DNA from: Eledone cirrhosa
Lineage: Eukaryota
Assembly (NCBI GenBank): GCA_964016885.1
Contig: OZ024740.1
Location: 185,938,001-186,002,000 of the forward strand
DNA: 64,000 nucleotides
Reading direction: 5' to 3'
Below are positions 1 to 14,226 of the stretch, piece after piece. The translations under genes and the position numbers were made by a program. Each line of letters begins with the position of its first letter. The first letter of the stretch is position 1. The notes beneath the pieces were generated by a model that saw nothing but the letters and a program-made list of their open reading frames with translations, was not told the DNA's origin and did not search any database.

Positions 1-179
1 TCGTTATATATATATATATTGTATTGTTATAATTTGGGAGGGTTATGTTGCCAATAAGAGACACACGCACCAGTTGTTTCACTTCAATTTATTATAAATT
101 GTATAAATTATATAAATATAAATTTTATAAATTTCCGGTTGGTTGGTTGGTTCCACAACCGGATGGTTGTTTATATATT

Positions 180-222
180 GTCAAAGTTCTTTCGTCACAC
201 ATTATATGACCTCTTCAGTGAC
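180..222 (-). ncRNA. Type I hammerhead ribozyme motif
   Basis: Minus strand reads GUCA-CUGAAGAG-GUCA..UGAC-GAAA-GAAC-UU-UGAC. Stem I is GUCA/UGAC, with one extra nucleotide before stem II. Confidence 0.65.
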
Positions 223-373
223 TGGGGATTCGTTTCTTTATTTTGTGCCTCTCCTTTGTACTGTCCAACGCCATCTTGTTTTGGTGTATGTTGTGTGCTT
301 AGTTTGCACGCAACACACACAAAAAAAGATGGCAGAACAAAGGAGAGGCACAAAATAAAGAAAATAATCCCCA

Positions 374-416
374 GTCACTGAAGAGGAGAGAAAATGTCTT
401 ACGAAAGAACTTTGAC
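374..416 (+). ncRNA. Type I hammerhead motif with decayed stem II
   Basis: gtca-ctgaagag...ac-gaaa-gaac-tt-tgac; mirror copy of 180-222. Confidence 0.55.
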
Positions 417-613
417 AATATATAAACAACCATCAGGTTGTGGAACCAACCAACCAACCGGTAAGTTATAAAATTTATAGTTATAACATTTATAATAAAT
501 TGAAGTGAAAGTAACTGGTGCGTGTTTCCTATTGGCAACATGACCCGTCCAAAGTATAACAATATCGGTTTCAACACACATTTTCAGATAGAGAATCTTG
601 CTAAACAAAAATA

Positions 614-825
<212 letters not shown>

Positions 826-1193
826 TACATAAACAGAAGATAAATAAATATATACACAAGTATAGACATACATATAAAAGAGTACAACAGATACGGATTT
901 TGCTCCATGAATGAATTAACAGGCATCAATTACATAGAGCCTAATAATAATATTTACGTATTTACTTAGAGCGTCCCTACGGCAGTGGAAATTTCAAATC
1001 TTCAGTGAATATATTCAGACAAGGTTTCAACTGAATTATGCGCTACCAGCGTTAATTTCGAAAGGCAGGATTATCACGTGATTAGTATCCAACAGAGGTG
1101 CAGTGGTGTTTGGACAATGGCAAGTGAAAGGCCTGATAAATATAGCAGTGTGATTCGACCATATTCTCTCTCTCTCTTTCTCTCTCTCTCTCC

Positions 1194-1227
<34 letters not shown>

Positions 1228-1229
1228 GT

Positions 1230-1261
<32 letters not shown>

Positions 1262-1278
<17 letters not shown>

Positions 1279-2011
1279 TGAGGATGTCTGTCTGTGTGTG
1301 AGTTTGGATCCCTAAAACTCGAGAACCACCCAACCGACTGTTTTCAAACTTTCCATATATAATACTTATGTTTTAGGCAAAGAAAAGAATGTTTGAGCAA
1401 AGAAAAGTTCAAATTTTCGATGCCCTAGGAACCGCATTAGGCAATTTAGGGGTCTCTCTCTATAATTCTTAGTCTTTCTTTTTTTAGATAAATACATACA
1501 TATAACCTCGCGCCCTTATAATATATGTATATGTCTGCTGTCTGCATTACTTCACTTCTCTGAGGAAGTATGTCTGTCTGTGTGTGTGTGTGTGTGTGTG
1601 AATGTGAGTTTGAATCCCTAAAACTCGAGAAGTACCCAACCGACTGTTGTCAAACTTTACATGTGTATTTCTTATGTTTCATAAAAAAGTTCAACTTTTT
1701 CATCCACTAGGTGAAAAACTGCGTTTTTTCAGGTTTTTAGTGGATTTTTAAGGCGTTACTTCATACCAATTTCCTTTAAATTGTAACTATGTAATAGTTA
1801 GTCTCTTCTTCATATCGTGAGTAAAGAAAATCTAACTTTTTTATGGCTTAGGGCCCGCATTAGGTGAAAACCTGCATTTTTCCTGCTTCATCGGGGAAAA
1901 TCTTAAAGATTAAAGAGCCATCTGAGTATTCGGTTTATTTTCTTTACATATTGTCCAGGCATGCAGTTTTTCTACGATTAGGTCTGTTGGCGGCCCGCGT
2001 TCCACTGCTAG
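1262..2011 (+). mobile_element. Non-autonomous Helitron-like element
   Basis: 5' TATATAAAACTGAGG-atGTCTGTCTG resembles the start at 44687. Internal duplication (~1285-1440 vs ~1571-1720). 3' GC-rich stretch followed by CTAG|T at 2008-2011. Confidence 0.6.
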
Positions 2012-2110
2012 TATATATATATATATATATATAACGAAGGATGTGTGGTAAGGAACCAGATGGACCATAACGCACAAGAGTACTTAATACTTATATATAT
2101 ACACACACAC

Positions 2111-2192
<82 letters not shown>

Positions 2193-2457
2193 TTAAAATG
2201 ATACATGAAGTGATTGCTTAGTGATCAATAATGTTTTAAATATGCTTTAATTGACTCCCAATAGCCCCTTTTAACACTGGCTTCAGGCCTTCATATGGAT
2301 GTGAGATAAAGATCCAGATGTAAATCCTAAAAATTGATTGTTTTTGCATCTGCATGAAACGAAATAGTCAGGTTACCAAGGTATCAATATGTTAAGGCTT
2401 AATTTAGTGAGGTTAATATTCAGAGAAGTATTTTGATATAACATAACTTTTGTGAAT

Positions 2458-2566
2458 ATGCGTAGTGGTTAGAGTATTGGGTTCGGCATCGTAAGGTAGC
2501 AAGTTTAACTCTCGTACCAGGCGTTGCACTATGTCCTTGGGAGAGACATTTTATTTCATATTGCTC
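2458..2566 (+). mobile_element. Decayed tRNA-derived SINE head
   Basis: gcgtagtggttagag (A-box-like) ... tgtccttggg..acattttatttcatattgctc; similar to 27560-27805. Confidence 0.5.
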
Positions 2567-2890
2567 TTTCTGCTAGGGTTTGCAACCATTTCATATAATT
2601 AGCAATGGAAAGATCAATGGAAACATTGTTTTCTTGGTCCAATTTGACGGGTTCCATCAGTATGCGAATCAGGTCCGGGATCTTATCGATTGATTGATAA
2701 CTAATATAAATTATTACACAATATTATTGAAACATAAACACACCTAACTCGCCTTCATTTATTCGTTTTAATTGTCGACCTGTGGCTATGCTTTTAGGGG
2801 TTATTCCACATAATCGACTTCAGTAATCTTGTTTCAAATATTGTACCTATTTCTTCGATATTTACTTGTCGAACACTACCTTACGACATA

Positions 2891-2930
<40 letters not shown>

Positions 2931-2935
2931 TAGAT

Positions 2936-3032
<97 letters not shown>

Positions 3033-3232
3033 AAAGCTTTCACATTAAAGTTTTATTGATTATACGTAGTTACGATCTTTTCAGGGATAGGTGGCTCAGG
3101 ATCGATAATAATATACTAATGCTATAGACCTGACTCCAGCATGATCTGCACTTCAGACGCATTAATCGGGCAAACCCAAATATCTCTGATATTAGTACAC
3201 GCAACGGTAAACCACGACATTATTGGACCACC

Positions 3233-3263
<31 letters not shown>

Positions 3264-3496
3264 TTAGAAACACACAGATATATGCGGACACACACATATA
3301 TACATGAATGCATCCGCACCCAACTGTGAGTTAAGGGTGCCAACTTCACCGATGTTGCTCAATGAATGACTGGGACAGACCAATTCAGTTTGAACCAGAC
3401 TGAACCAGTATCAGAGTTAAAATACATTATGAAGAGAGAAGAAACATTTAGATATAATTAGTAATAAAATGTATCATACCTAAACTGTTCCTAAAT

Positions 3497-3584
3497 TCCT
3501 CGACTACGTAGTTTCGTGGCATAAACAAAAACAATATATCAAAGATATAGAGTCCTTGCGAGGTCTGCCGACTTATCAAGAGGA
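3497..3584 (-). ncRNA. Type I hammerhead, U3-A8 core variant
   Basis: Reverse complement of 4687-4774. Confidence 0.75.
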
Positions 3585-4086
3585 TACCTCATTTTACTAG
3601 TCTCAAGAACGCGTCTACACGACGTGAGAAAGAATCCCAAAAGGCGGAGGGGGAGATAGTCACGCGATATAACGGTCGAGAAACAGAGCTAAGCCTCTTA
3701 TAACCACGAAGAAAATACCACAGAGGCGGAGGGGGTATTCATATCGAGGCCGTAGAAGAGGTAGTGAAGAAGGCGAGAAGTATGAGTAATGGAAGCTTTC
3801 CAGTTGTCCCCACACCTCAAAGATTGCTCGACCAGAGGGAGTTATTAATATATTTAGAAACACACAGATATATGCGGACACACACATATATACATGAATG
3901 CATCCGCACCCAACTGTGAGTTAAGGGTGCCAACTTCACCGATGTTGCTCAATGAATGACTGGGACAGACCAATTCAGTTTGAACCAGACTGAACCAGTA
4001 TCAGAGTTAAAAATACATTATGAAGAGAGAAGAAACATTTAGATATAATTAGTAATAAAATGTATCATACCTAAACTGTTCCTAAA

Positions 4087-4174
4087 TTCCTCGACTACGT
4101 AGTTTCGTGGCATAAACAAAAACAATATATCAAAGATATAGAGTCCTTGCGAGGTCTGCCGACTTATCAAGAGG
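4087..4174 (-). ncRNA. Type I hammerhead, U3-A8 core variant
   Basis: Tandem copy 590 nt from 3497-3584. Confidence 0.75.
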
Positions 4175-4686
4175 ATACCTCATTTTACTAGTCTCAAGAA
4201 CGCGTCTACACGACGTGAGAAAGAATCCCAAAAGGCGGAGGGGGAGATAGTCACGCGATATAACGACTCTGATACTGGTTCAGTCTGGTTCAAACTGAAT
4301 TGGTCTGTCCCAGTCATTCATTGAGCAACATCGGTGAAGTTGGCACCCTTAACTCACAGTTGGGTGCGGATGCATTCATGTATATATGTGTGTGTCCGCA
4401 TATATCTGTGTTTCTAAATATATTAATAACTCCCTCTGGTCGAGCAATCTTTGAGGTGTGGGGACAACTGGAAAGCTTCCATTACTCATACTTCTCGCCT
4501 TCTTCACTACCTCTTCTACGGCCTCGATATGAATACCCCCTCCGCCTCTGTGGTATTTTCTTCGTGGTTATAAGAGGCTTAGCTCTGTTTCTCGACCGTT
4601 ATATCGCGTGACTATCTCCCCCTCCGCCTTTTGGGATTCTTTCTCACGTCGTGTAGACGCGTTCTTGAGACTAGTAAAATGAGGTA

Positions 4687-4774
4687 TCCTCTTGATAAGT
4701 CGGCAGACCTCGCAAGGACTCTATATCTTTGATATATTGTTTTTGTTTATGCCACGAAACTACGTAGTCGAGGA
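4687..4774 (+). ncRNA. Type I hammerhead, U3-A8 core variant, long stem II
   Basis: tcctc-TTGATAA-gtcggca...tgccac-GAAAC-tacgta-GTC-gagga. Perfect 5-bp stem I, palindromic stem III ACTACGTAGT, GUC cleavage triplet. Confidence 0.8.
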
Positions 4775-4843
4775 ATTTAGGAACAGTTTAGGTATGATAC
4801 ATTTTATTACTAATTATATCTAAATGTTTCTTCTCTCTTCATA

Positions 4844-4882
<39 letters not shown>

Positions 4883-7320
4883 AAGGGAGGGAGAGAGAGA
4901 GAGAGAGGGGGGTATATGGAGAATTAGATGGATAGATAGATAAATAAATAGGTATTTATAGGTATGTGTGTATATATACATGTGTATATGAATGTGTGTA
5001 TATGTGTATGTATGTATTTATATGAGTCTACGTGCTTGTATGTATGCTCGTGTGTCCCGAAAAGAAGTGATTCGACAAAAATACATATTATAGTTCATAA
5101 GTGATGTAAACAGAGTCAGATACACTTATATTCATATATAGAATTACGACGGGCTTCCGCAGTGTCCGGCATTCACAATCTCAGGTCATAATAGAAGACA
5201 CGTTTCGGATACTCGTGCAAGGTATCAAGCAGTATGAGGAAATCCAAAACCACTTAGTTGTGACGTCACATCGTCCTGCCATCACCTATACTAAATTTTC
5301 TAACTTAAATTGTGTAATGTGGCCCTTATACGGTTTGAGGAATATTCATAGAATATACAGAGGGAAACCTACTTCATGAAATCAAATTTAATTTAAAACT
5401 TTAGTATAAGAATATGTACTTTTAAAAGACTGATAGAAATGGAAATGCCATCATTACAGACTATATTTCTTACAATTTCATGTTTCTATTTTATAATAGT
5501 TTTTGACCTCTTGTAATATTTTACTTCCAGTGTTAGCCTATGAACGTTATCAACACAAATATATATCATATTTCTTTTTGTACATAGTCTTCCACAAAGT
5601 AAAGTATTTATCAATTAGATTGATTATGATATAGCACACTAAGCATAAGAATTCTTCAATTATATTTCAGAAATTAAAGGGAAAGCATATCATTAGTTTT
5701 AAACATTCGATCGTCTATGATTAATGACTGTTTATGCTATTTCCATTCTCGTTTATCTTTCCATGTCCCTATTTATGTCACATCTGAGTTATATTAATAA
5801 ATAACGAGTGCAGAGGAGCAAAATATCGACATTCATTAGGTATTAATAGAATTAGATTTACTATGATTTATCTTCAGTCAGTCAGCGTAATGGTATTGAG
5901 GATGTGACCTTTTTATATTCTGCAAACTAATGCTATTGTTAGATGGTATGTACAGAGCATTCGTAGAATCAGTTTAACTTATCCATTGTTTACTGACATC
6001 TAAGTACAGGACATTAAAACAAAACATCATTAATGAAAGTAGAACAGTTTGATCATTGCCCTAATATAAAATTATATTCCTAACAATTATATCTTCTGTC
6101 GCAAAGGTGGAGCAGTTGTATGGTATATTAGGACTCAATCATATCTGTAACACCAATGAATAAATATATGTTCCATTAGACACTAGCAGTTATTGCACAC
6201 ATTGTCTTAACAAATATTCCGAGAAAATATTGAGATCTTTCATAAAGGGGCATTTTCACTTAATATAATTATATGGTACGCTATTTTCCCTCACTTTATT
6301 TCTTTTCATTTACCAAGCAGTCTAGTTTTAAACCCAGTAATTATCACACATTTTCCGTATTGCGCGTGTTTTTAATGTATTGATTTTAATATGGGGAACA
6401 GGAACTCAAGCAATTCATATTATAATTATCGTGACCTATTTGTGATTACCATATTTTCGCAAAAATATAAGTCAGTATTTAGATTAAATCTCTATTCATA
6501 TTTCAAGAACTAAGAATTCGTATTATTTTCAGGATCATTAAAATGTTAGCAAAATGTTTCTGATATATGTCGGCATATGAAGGGTTATGGATTAAAGGAA
6601 TCGGTAAAGTGGAGAACAGAATAACATTCGCTATTAATTATGTCCCTTTGCAGTTTTAGTTCAAATCATATCAAAGTCGAAATCACGTTCCGTTTTGTTT
6701 TTAGGAGGAATAGATGAAGTGCTCGTAATATACTGATGTCAAGTTTATGGCTAATTTATGTCAGTGTAGAAATACTAGTATTATTATTATTGGTTTCAGT
6801 TGAAAAGGTTTTCCTTCGCTTTGTTTGAATTGATAAAAAATGTGTTCAATAAATTGTCTTATTAAATATAGCGAATTTAGGAATTGAATTTATAAGAACT
6901 ATTTAAACACACTGTTTTTGCTCGGAATCTCTGGAACAGTAATATTATACCAAATAAATAATGAGGTAACATTACTTTCGACTGTTATATAAGATTATTA
7001 AATTATTTCATCTTTATAGGAACATTTTCTGGTATAGGAACATTTTCTGGATTTCGATCTAATAAAACCAAATAATGGTGTTGGTGACGTTTGTATAATA
7101 GGTTTCTACTATATTATATCAATATTTCTATACATATCAAGATGTATATGATATTTATAACAAGTTGAATATCACGGAAAATTCGGGTTTTGGTATTAAC
7201 AACGGCTGAATAGGCAAACATGCAAATATTGACATGTCATGGCAAATTTGTCATTGTAAAATTAACACTACGTAACTCTTACCAGCATGCATGTAGCCAA
7301 GCGACTAAACAATTGTCATT

Positions 7321-7504
7321 GTGGATTGGCAGTATCGGTAGAGGGTCAGACACCATGCTCTCCAACATAGTTACGTCCCTTTACGATCTGAGTTCAAATC
7401 CCGCCGAGGTCGACTTTGCCTTTCATCCTTACGGGGTCGATAAAATAAAGTACCAGTAATGCACTGGGTAATTGCTGGCCTTGTGCCTAAAGTAGAAACA
7501 ATTA
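7321..7504 (+). mobile_element. tRNA-derived SINE (Meta-domain-like core)
   Basis: B-box-like gagttcaaatccc followed by tttgcctttcatccttacggggtcgataaaataaagtaccag; at least 8 copies in the window. Confidence 0.85.
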
Positions 7505-9700
7505 TACTGCTATTTGCCGTAACGGGAGACTTTAGTTTCCTTCTACTAGAGATTAATAACACCAAGAATTCATACAACTAACTATTCATCAAGTTCATTG
7601 AGAGCAATATACAGTAAATCAAGTAGCATTGAAATACTGACTGACTATTTCTCCTTTTGCTTTAATCAGTCCATTTTGCGGAAATGATTGTAGGGTTTTA
7701 ATCAAATTACTAAATGTTGCTTCGTTTCCAATTCTTGAAATTTAATTTTAAACGAAATACTTGGAACCTAGGAAGTAAACCGAACGTTATACTAATTTTA
7801 AATTAAACATGGTAGTCTAACCTATCTGATTATTAAACAATATTGAAAGTATGCGTTATTCTATTCCGTTTGTATTCTTTATTTCCTAAGCAAATCTAAA
7901 TTTTCTACGTTTGTTACACAACTTGTTTTATATATAACGAATGTAATATCTTCATTTTAGATATGATATTTTTAAATTAGATATCGATTTCAATGTTCTC
8001 AATAGGTGAAATAGTTACTGAACGGTAGATATTGAAATCTGTCCCAGATCATCATTTGCAAATTATCGTTTTGGAGTTTAACAACAGTAATTGTGATCAT
8101 TTTATAAGTTATATGAAGTTTCAAAATTAATATTGCGTTAATTTCTTATATTCATTAGTTACGTTTAAACGTCAACAAAAAGTTAGATTATTTTAAGTGA
8201 TACCTGTGTTTTATTCTGTATCTGTACAATATTGTAATATATGAGATGGTTGAATAAGACCAACGATCAAAGTACTTCAAGAGGCTATGGCCCATGTTTG
8301 CATCTGGAATAATATATCCAGGACGTTCGAATGTGGTTTGATAGAGTTTTGAGAGAAGATAAAGTAACTTTGCAGAATATCATTCGTTTTCTTTTCGATA
8401 TTCTATTCAATTGGTGATATGAAGGGGGAATATTTGCAGATTCGTTTTACCTTATTTGATAAGGTGGTGCGTGATATTTGTGCCGGTTCTCTTCGTTTGC
8501 ACCCCACTGGATCATTTTTAAATATTTACGCGATCGATAAAGGCCCCATTCTACGCGGTTAATCTGCACTCTACATACTCTGCTCTCTCTCACGCTCTCA
8601 TGATTTCTCTCTCGCTTGCATCCTCTCTCTCTCTCTTTCTCTCAATCGATCGAAGAGGTGGGTGCCCCATGCCGTGACAAATGTCATGATGTAAGAATCA
8701 TATTGTATCTTTCTCCCGAAATTGCGAGGGATCCACTACGCTCAAGCAATCTCTCCCCGAAGAAAACTGATAACCGACTGAATCTGACCAAAGACGGTCA
8801 ACAATATATGATATAATTAATTGTATAAATGATACCGGTCTTGAAAGGCCAGAATTGATAGTTGATATGTTATCTTACGTTGATTACTTCATCAGTCGCC
8901 ACTCGATTCACATAATAACCAACTGTAAGAGACCCTTGAAAGTTGTTTCAATGCTTTCATATAACATTTACAAATTAGCTTTGTTGGACTACTCTTAAAT
9001 AGTTTCTATTGTCATCAGTATGAAGTTATTAACATAATTTCTCCTACTTGCTAGTGGTTATTCAACTCTATTATGAAAGAAGGGGATTATAATTATATGT
9101 AAATTATAAATATGATTATAACTCACATAGCTTTAAATGAATTATTATGCGAAGATCCCATCCTAAATCAACTTTTGTATGTTATTGGAGAGATATGTGG
9201 AGCTATGCTTACACAAGCGATGAGAAACCTAGCGGTGGAAGGAAATATTTATTGATATGAATATGAATACGAATCTCATTAGATGTTGAATGATTCGGCA
9301 ATTTACAATAGCCGGAAAAAATATATCATCAATGTCAGGCTATAATTATCATGTGATATATAAGTGGCAAATTGTATTCAATACGAAATATATTCAAACA
9401 TTTCACGTATTGCAATCTTTAACACATACTGGATAATGCAATATCAGTATTAATAGAATTACAAGGATATAATATAAGACTAAAATGATACTAGAAGAAT
9501 TTTTTATAGATGCAGTTTCCCCCGTAAGAATGCATATATTATTGAAAGCTTTAACAGTCATATGAGAAAACGATGGACCAAACTATAAACAATATTACTG
9601 TAAATATAGATTAACTTGACTTTTCAAAACGGTAAATTAAAAGAAGTTTTGTATCTAAGTTTTATTACAGGAATATTACCATTATTTTCAATATTCTGTA

Positions 9701-9920
9701 GGGCGGTGGATTGGCAGTTTCGGTAGCGGGCCGGACGCCATGCTTTGCAGCATAGAGTTACGGTCCTTTATGATCTGAGTTCAAATCCCGCTGAGGTTAA
9801 CTTTGCCTTTCATCCTTACGGGGTCGATAAAATAAAGTACCAGCCACGCACTGGGGTCGATTTAATCGACTTCCCCTTCCCCAAAAATTGCTGGCCTTGT
9901 GCCTATATAAGAAACAATTA
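9701..9920 (+). mobile_element. SINE, same family (longer variant)
   Basis: Same core plus ggggtcgatttaatcgact segment; ends gaaacaatta. Confidence 0.85.
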
Positions 9921-11284
9921 TTTTCAATATCCTGTACTAGATCCATTAGGAAGCAATTCGTATCGTTATTATTGCATCTCAAACATTATTTTAATATACC
10001 AGTGGGTTGGTGGTAAACATACTTCGTCGGCCAGTTTAACGTGACCATCTCATACACCGATTGCTTTTACAGAATACACTCTGTTGCTTGCATTTGCTCC
10101 AAGTGTTTTGTCTGGAAAATAATTTTTCCCTTCCTCCCACTAAAAACTCTGTTCAAGAGCCTTGCGTTCCTTAAAACTGCACATAAATATTCTTGTGAAG
10201 AATAATACACAAGCAGTAAATGGGTGTGGTTACCTTCCTACTTTAGTCTCGAACATGATAGACATATTACAATTTATATTAAACGGCATTAGCCCAAATT
10301 GTAATACGTTAGTAATAACTATTACAAACTTCTCAAATGTTATATTATATATCCAAAAGCCAGCGTTATATGTGTGTAAGGTTATAGAAATTTCATAAAA
10401 TAACTAAAAATGTTATGATATGAACCGTTATAAGAAATTATAAAGTTGACAGAATTTATAATATTAACAATTATGAAAATTAGATACATTAGAGTTGAAA
10501 AGTGAAATAAATAAAGAAAGGATTTAGGAAATGTAAAGTAAGAGAAGATAAATTGTCTATAAATATAAATATTTAAGTGTTGATAGTGTACAGTTACAAC
10601 GTTGCTTAATTAGAATCCCAGTGTCAAAGATTCGCTAAAAGTAATCTAACTATTTCGCCGATATATGAGCTTGTTTCGTGAACGAAAATGTGGTGTGCCA
10701 CAAATGCGACTGACGTTGTAGTGCTCGTTGTCCTATTATATTCGATTCACAAAAGGTCGTCTATGGAAATGGAACCAGCAGGAGGGCACTTTCACAAGCC
10801 CTTTCTAAAACACGCCTTAAACGCCGCAGCACCTCCGAACTCCACTCTCAATTAATTACCCTGCTTTTACCATTTACTATTTTCTTTCAGCTCTGTCTGT
10901 ATATATATATATATGATTTAATTTCTTTAAATCTTCATCAATACTCCTTCACTCCCACACTCATTAATAACTCCCACCTAAATTCCTGATATATAGAGTC
11001 GTACATAGCATCACAACCTAATATCTGTTTAACAATCGCCACCGACGAATGGGAGAAATTTCTCCGGGAAAGTTAACCAGGTATCTTTTAAAAATCCCCT
11101 CGCCTAAGTTAACAAAGAATTTACTAGATTTACAAAACCAAATTGTAAAATTATAATATTATAAAATTGAATTATTTAGAACTACAAGTAAAATCATGTA
11201 TTTCCTTTTTTAAATATACCTAACTGTACCAAGGATTTCATACATTTTCCAATATATATGTATATATATATATTATGTATATAT

Positions 11285-11540
11285 GTTTTATTGTTATACT
11301 TTATTGTTATACTTTGGGAGGGTCATGCTGCTAATAAAACACACGCACCTTCGGTTTTCACTTCAACGTATTATAAGTCTCCGTTTGGTTTGTTCGATAA
11401 CCGGAAGGATGTTTATATATTTCGTCACACATTCTGTGACCTCCTCGATGACTAGGATTTCATTTTGTGTGTCTCCTTTGTTCTGTCGAACACCATCTTG
11501 TTTTAGTGTGTTGTGCGTTGTGTGCTTAGTTTGCGCATGC
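11285..11540 (-). mobile_element. Decayed copy of the 19-612 PLE-tail family
   Basis: tttgggagggtcatgctgctaataaaacacacgcacc and ttcgtcacacattctgtgacctc match 35-222; TA tract adjacent. Confidence 0.75.
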
Positions 11541-11845
11541 GTTACATCTTTTTTTTTTTTTATTATTTATTTATTTATGCGTTTATTTACTTGTCACTAG
11601 TTGATTGGTTTTTCTGTCTGTGTGTGTCTGATTTGTATTGGTAATTTGGTTTTTGTGTGTGCCTGTTTGTCTTCATTTTTTCCTTAATTACTAGTTGTGA
11701 TGTTGCTATTCCACTCATATTTTCTGTGTAATTTTGGTTGGAGTTCGTTTATAGTTGTCACATCTTTTCTGTGTGTGGATACACTTTTTATCTCTATGTT
11801 CTCTGTTCCCCTATGTTCTATTTTGGCAAAACAAATTCAAAAACG

Positions 11846-11886
<41 letters not shown>

Positions 11887-12927
11887 AACTAAATAAAACG
11901 TTCAACATATTAATGAGATTTTATGATGATTCGCTAAGCGTTTTATAACCTTTGGGGAAATTCAATCATCTGAAAAGGTGGTAATCTATTTGTCTTTTGA
12001 TCTAAACACAGAAGAATAGATGGAATAGATTTGTTTTTGAAGATACTTTTATAAGTGGAACTGTGGTAGTTTTCGAAATGCAACAACTTCTTTCAATAAT
12101 TATTATGGTTAGTGTTTCATTTATAAATGGACAAAGATTAAAGTGAATATTAGAAAAAGTAAACGTAAATTTCACATACGAACCGGAAAGAAATTTCCAA
12201 AATTTATGGACAGCATATTATTGAAAATATAAAACAATTTATAGTGTTGAAAGCATAAAACGATTAATTTTCTGCTAAGAGAGATGAAACTAGTAAAAGT
12301 TGCTTCAAGAGCGTAAATCTTTTATAACCATATTGATATTTCATGTTAAGTAAATGGATGGCCATAAAGCCTATATTTCACTTTCAACGTCATTGCAAAG
12401 TTTGTCAGTCAATATTCTGCCAACACGTAAATATGAATATTGTAAATTGGTGCATTTACTGTTTTCTCACTCATTTATTTTTATTGTTAACGATATACAT
12501 GTATTGGAATAAAATGGCGCCAACTATATTTGAAGATTGGGAATTGGACGAAACAATAATCAATAATTACTTCAAAGTGCATATGCTTTAACATGAAATT
12601 TAACAAAAATATATACAACTTATATGTACATACGTATAAGTGTATTTATATATTTAGTTATGCTGGGGATGTTATTGAGAAAATATTCGTTTCGAAAAAA
12701 CATGGAAATAGAAACACATTCTTTCATCAACTCAGATATAGTTTTGCCTATTTTCATCTTCAGAAAATAGACCGCAAATCGATAATGAAGATTTGCGATG
12801 TGATATTATTTTTATACAAAATAATAATAGTTGTTTTCTTAAAACCTTAAGGAATCTAATACAGATTTAACATATTCGTAGTATAATAAATTATTTCGAG
12901 TAAATACAACACAATTATATAAACATT

Positions 12928-12960
<33 letters not shown>

Positions 12961-13094
12961 ATGTATGTATGTATATATATATAGTTGATCAATGAAGCAA
13001 AATTACAGTTATATTATGTTCACGATACATATACAAACACAAACACACACACACACATACAGACAGACACACACACACACACAGATATGTATTT

Positions 13095-13560
13095 CTTTTT
13101 CATTGCCCACTGATTTCTGAGAGGGTCTTGGGAGCAGAGCCCTCAGATACACCTTTTAAAGCGTCCCTATCAGCAGTAGCTATCTCCAAATGAACCGGCT
13201 GGATCAGCAAGCGGGACCAACCGGGCTCATAGATGTTATCCAACCAACTTCATATTTTCCTACCTCTGGGTCCCGTGTCCGTTGGCTTTGTTCTGCCAAT
13301 AGATATGGCCATCAGCTATGATGGATACTTGTGATATAAGAGGGCTGACGCCGGCAAAATAAGCCAAAACGAACGAAACATCTGTAAGCTACTAGGGGAG
13401 GTGGAATTAATGGGTGATGCTGTAAGTTTTCAGAAAACTCTCACGATCCAGTGATGTAGTTACGATTATGCGAGACATGACCTACCTTAAACACACGTCT
13501 AAAACGCGGGTCTAAGAAAATCTCTAACACTGGTGACTCGTACAGTAAGGCCACCAACAT
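13095..13560 (-). mobile_element. RTE-clade LINE 3' end remnant
   Basis: Minus-strand translation PTDTGPRGRK..WLDNIYEPGWSRLLIQPVHLEIATADRD resembles the RTE (Rex3/Expander-like) C-terminal PTGxRPRGRPxxRWxDYI..WxRLGI motif. Confidence 0.55.
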
Positions 13561-14113
13561 ATGGAAATTGAATATGTATATAATGTTTGTTAATAAATAA
13601 AAATAAAACATATTAATCTTGGTTTGTTTTTCTCTAAATGTTTTCCCTTACTTTTATATGCATCTCGATCATAAATTATGTTGAATTTAAAATGTTTCTC
13701 GAGTTATAACATAGCAGGCAACGGTATTATACATAATATTTGGTGTTATATGTATCAGGCCGTGTTATGTTTAACAGAGTTAAACAATATCTTACATAAC
13801 AATTGTTTTCTGAATATTTCAGTAATCTAAGCTTCCTATCTGTCTAAGTTTATAGCTATATGGGCACAAGTAGTTGCAGCAGCTGCCAAAAACTTACAGC
13901 TATATATGTTTCTACTTTGATCTGTAGCTATCTTCGCAAATTTTCTTTCTATCCTCTTTCTACCTTTTTTCAATGTTCTCTCTTAAACTGCCAAAAATAT
14001 TTATGTGCGGACACGTAATGTGTATGTGTGATATGTATATGTTAAGGTGGTGAGAAATCTATTCATGAAGCGCACATGACTAAAGCCTATATATATGAAT
14101 ATATATATATATA

Positions 14114-14147
<34 letters not shown>

Positions 14148-14157
14148 TATATATATA

Positions 14158-14224
<67 letters not shown>

Positions 14225-14226
<2 letters not shown>

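Larger units (their letters stand above)
19..612. mobile_element. ORF-less PLE-tail element, inverted tail-out pair (arms ~19-305 and ~310-612) between TA tracts
   Basis: The arms are reverse complements (e.g. ggttggttggttccacaacc / ggttgtggaaccaaccaacc). Each arm carries an HHR motif. Same family recurs at ~11285-11540 and ~29870-30010. Confidence 0.8.
3261..4848. mobile_element. 590-bp HHR-bearing non-coding unit: ~1.7 tandem copies (3261-4265) plus an inverted circularly permuted copy (4266-4848), flanked by (TA)n
   Basis: tatttagaaacacacag starts at 3261 and 3851 (period 590). The inverted copy runs through the unit junction. Copies look identical by eye. Confidence 0.9.

Noticed and set aside
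5868-5950. Possible small host exon (ttcag ... g|gtatgt)
   Set aside because: Stops in all three frames and no supporting neighbouring exons; it could only be non-coding, which I cannot support.
11038-11082. HHR-like CCGACGA..ggaga aatt tctcc..GAAA-GTTAAC
   Set aside because: No UH cleavage site and poor stem I; at best a decayed relic.
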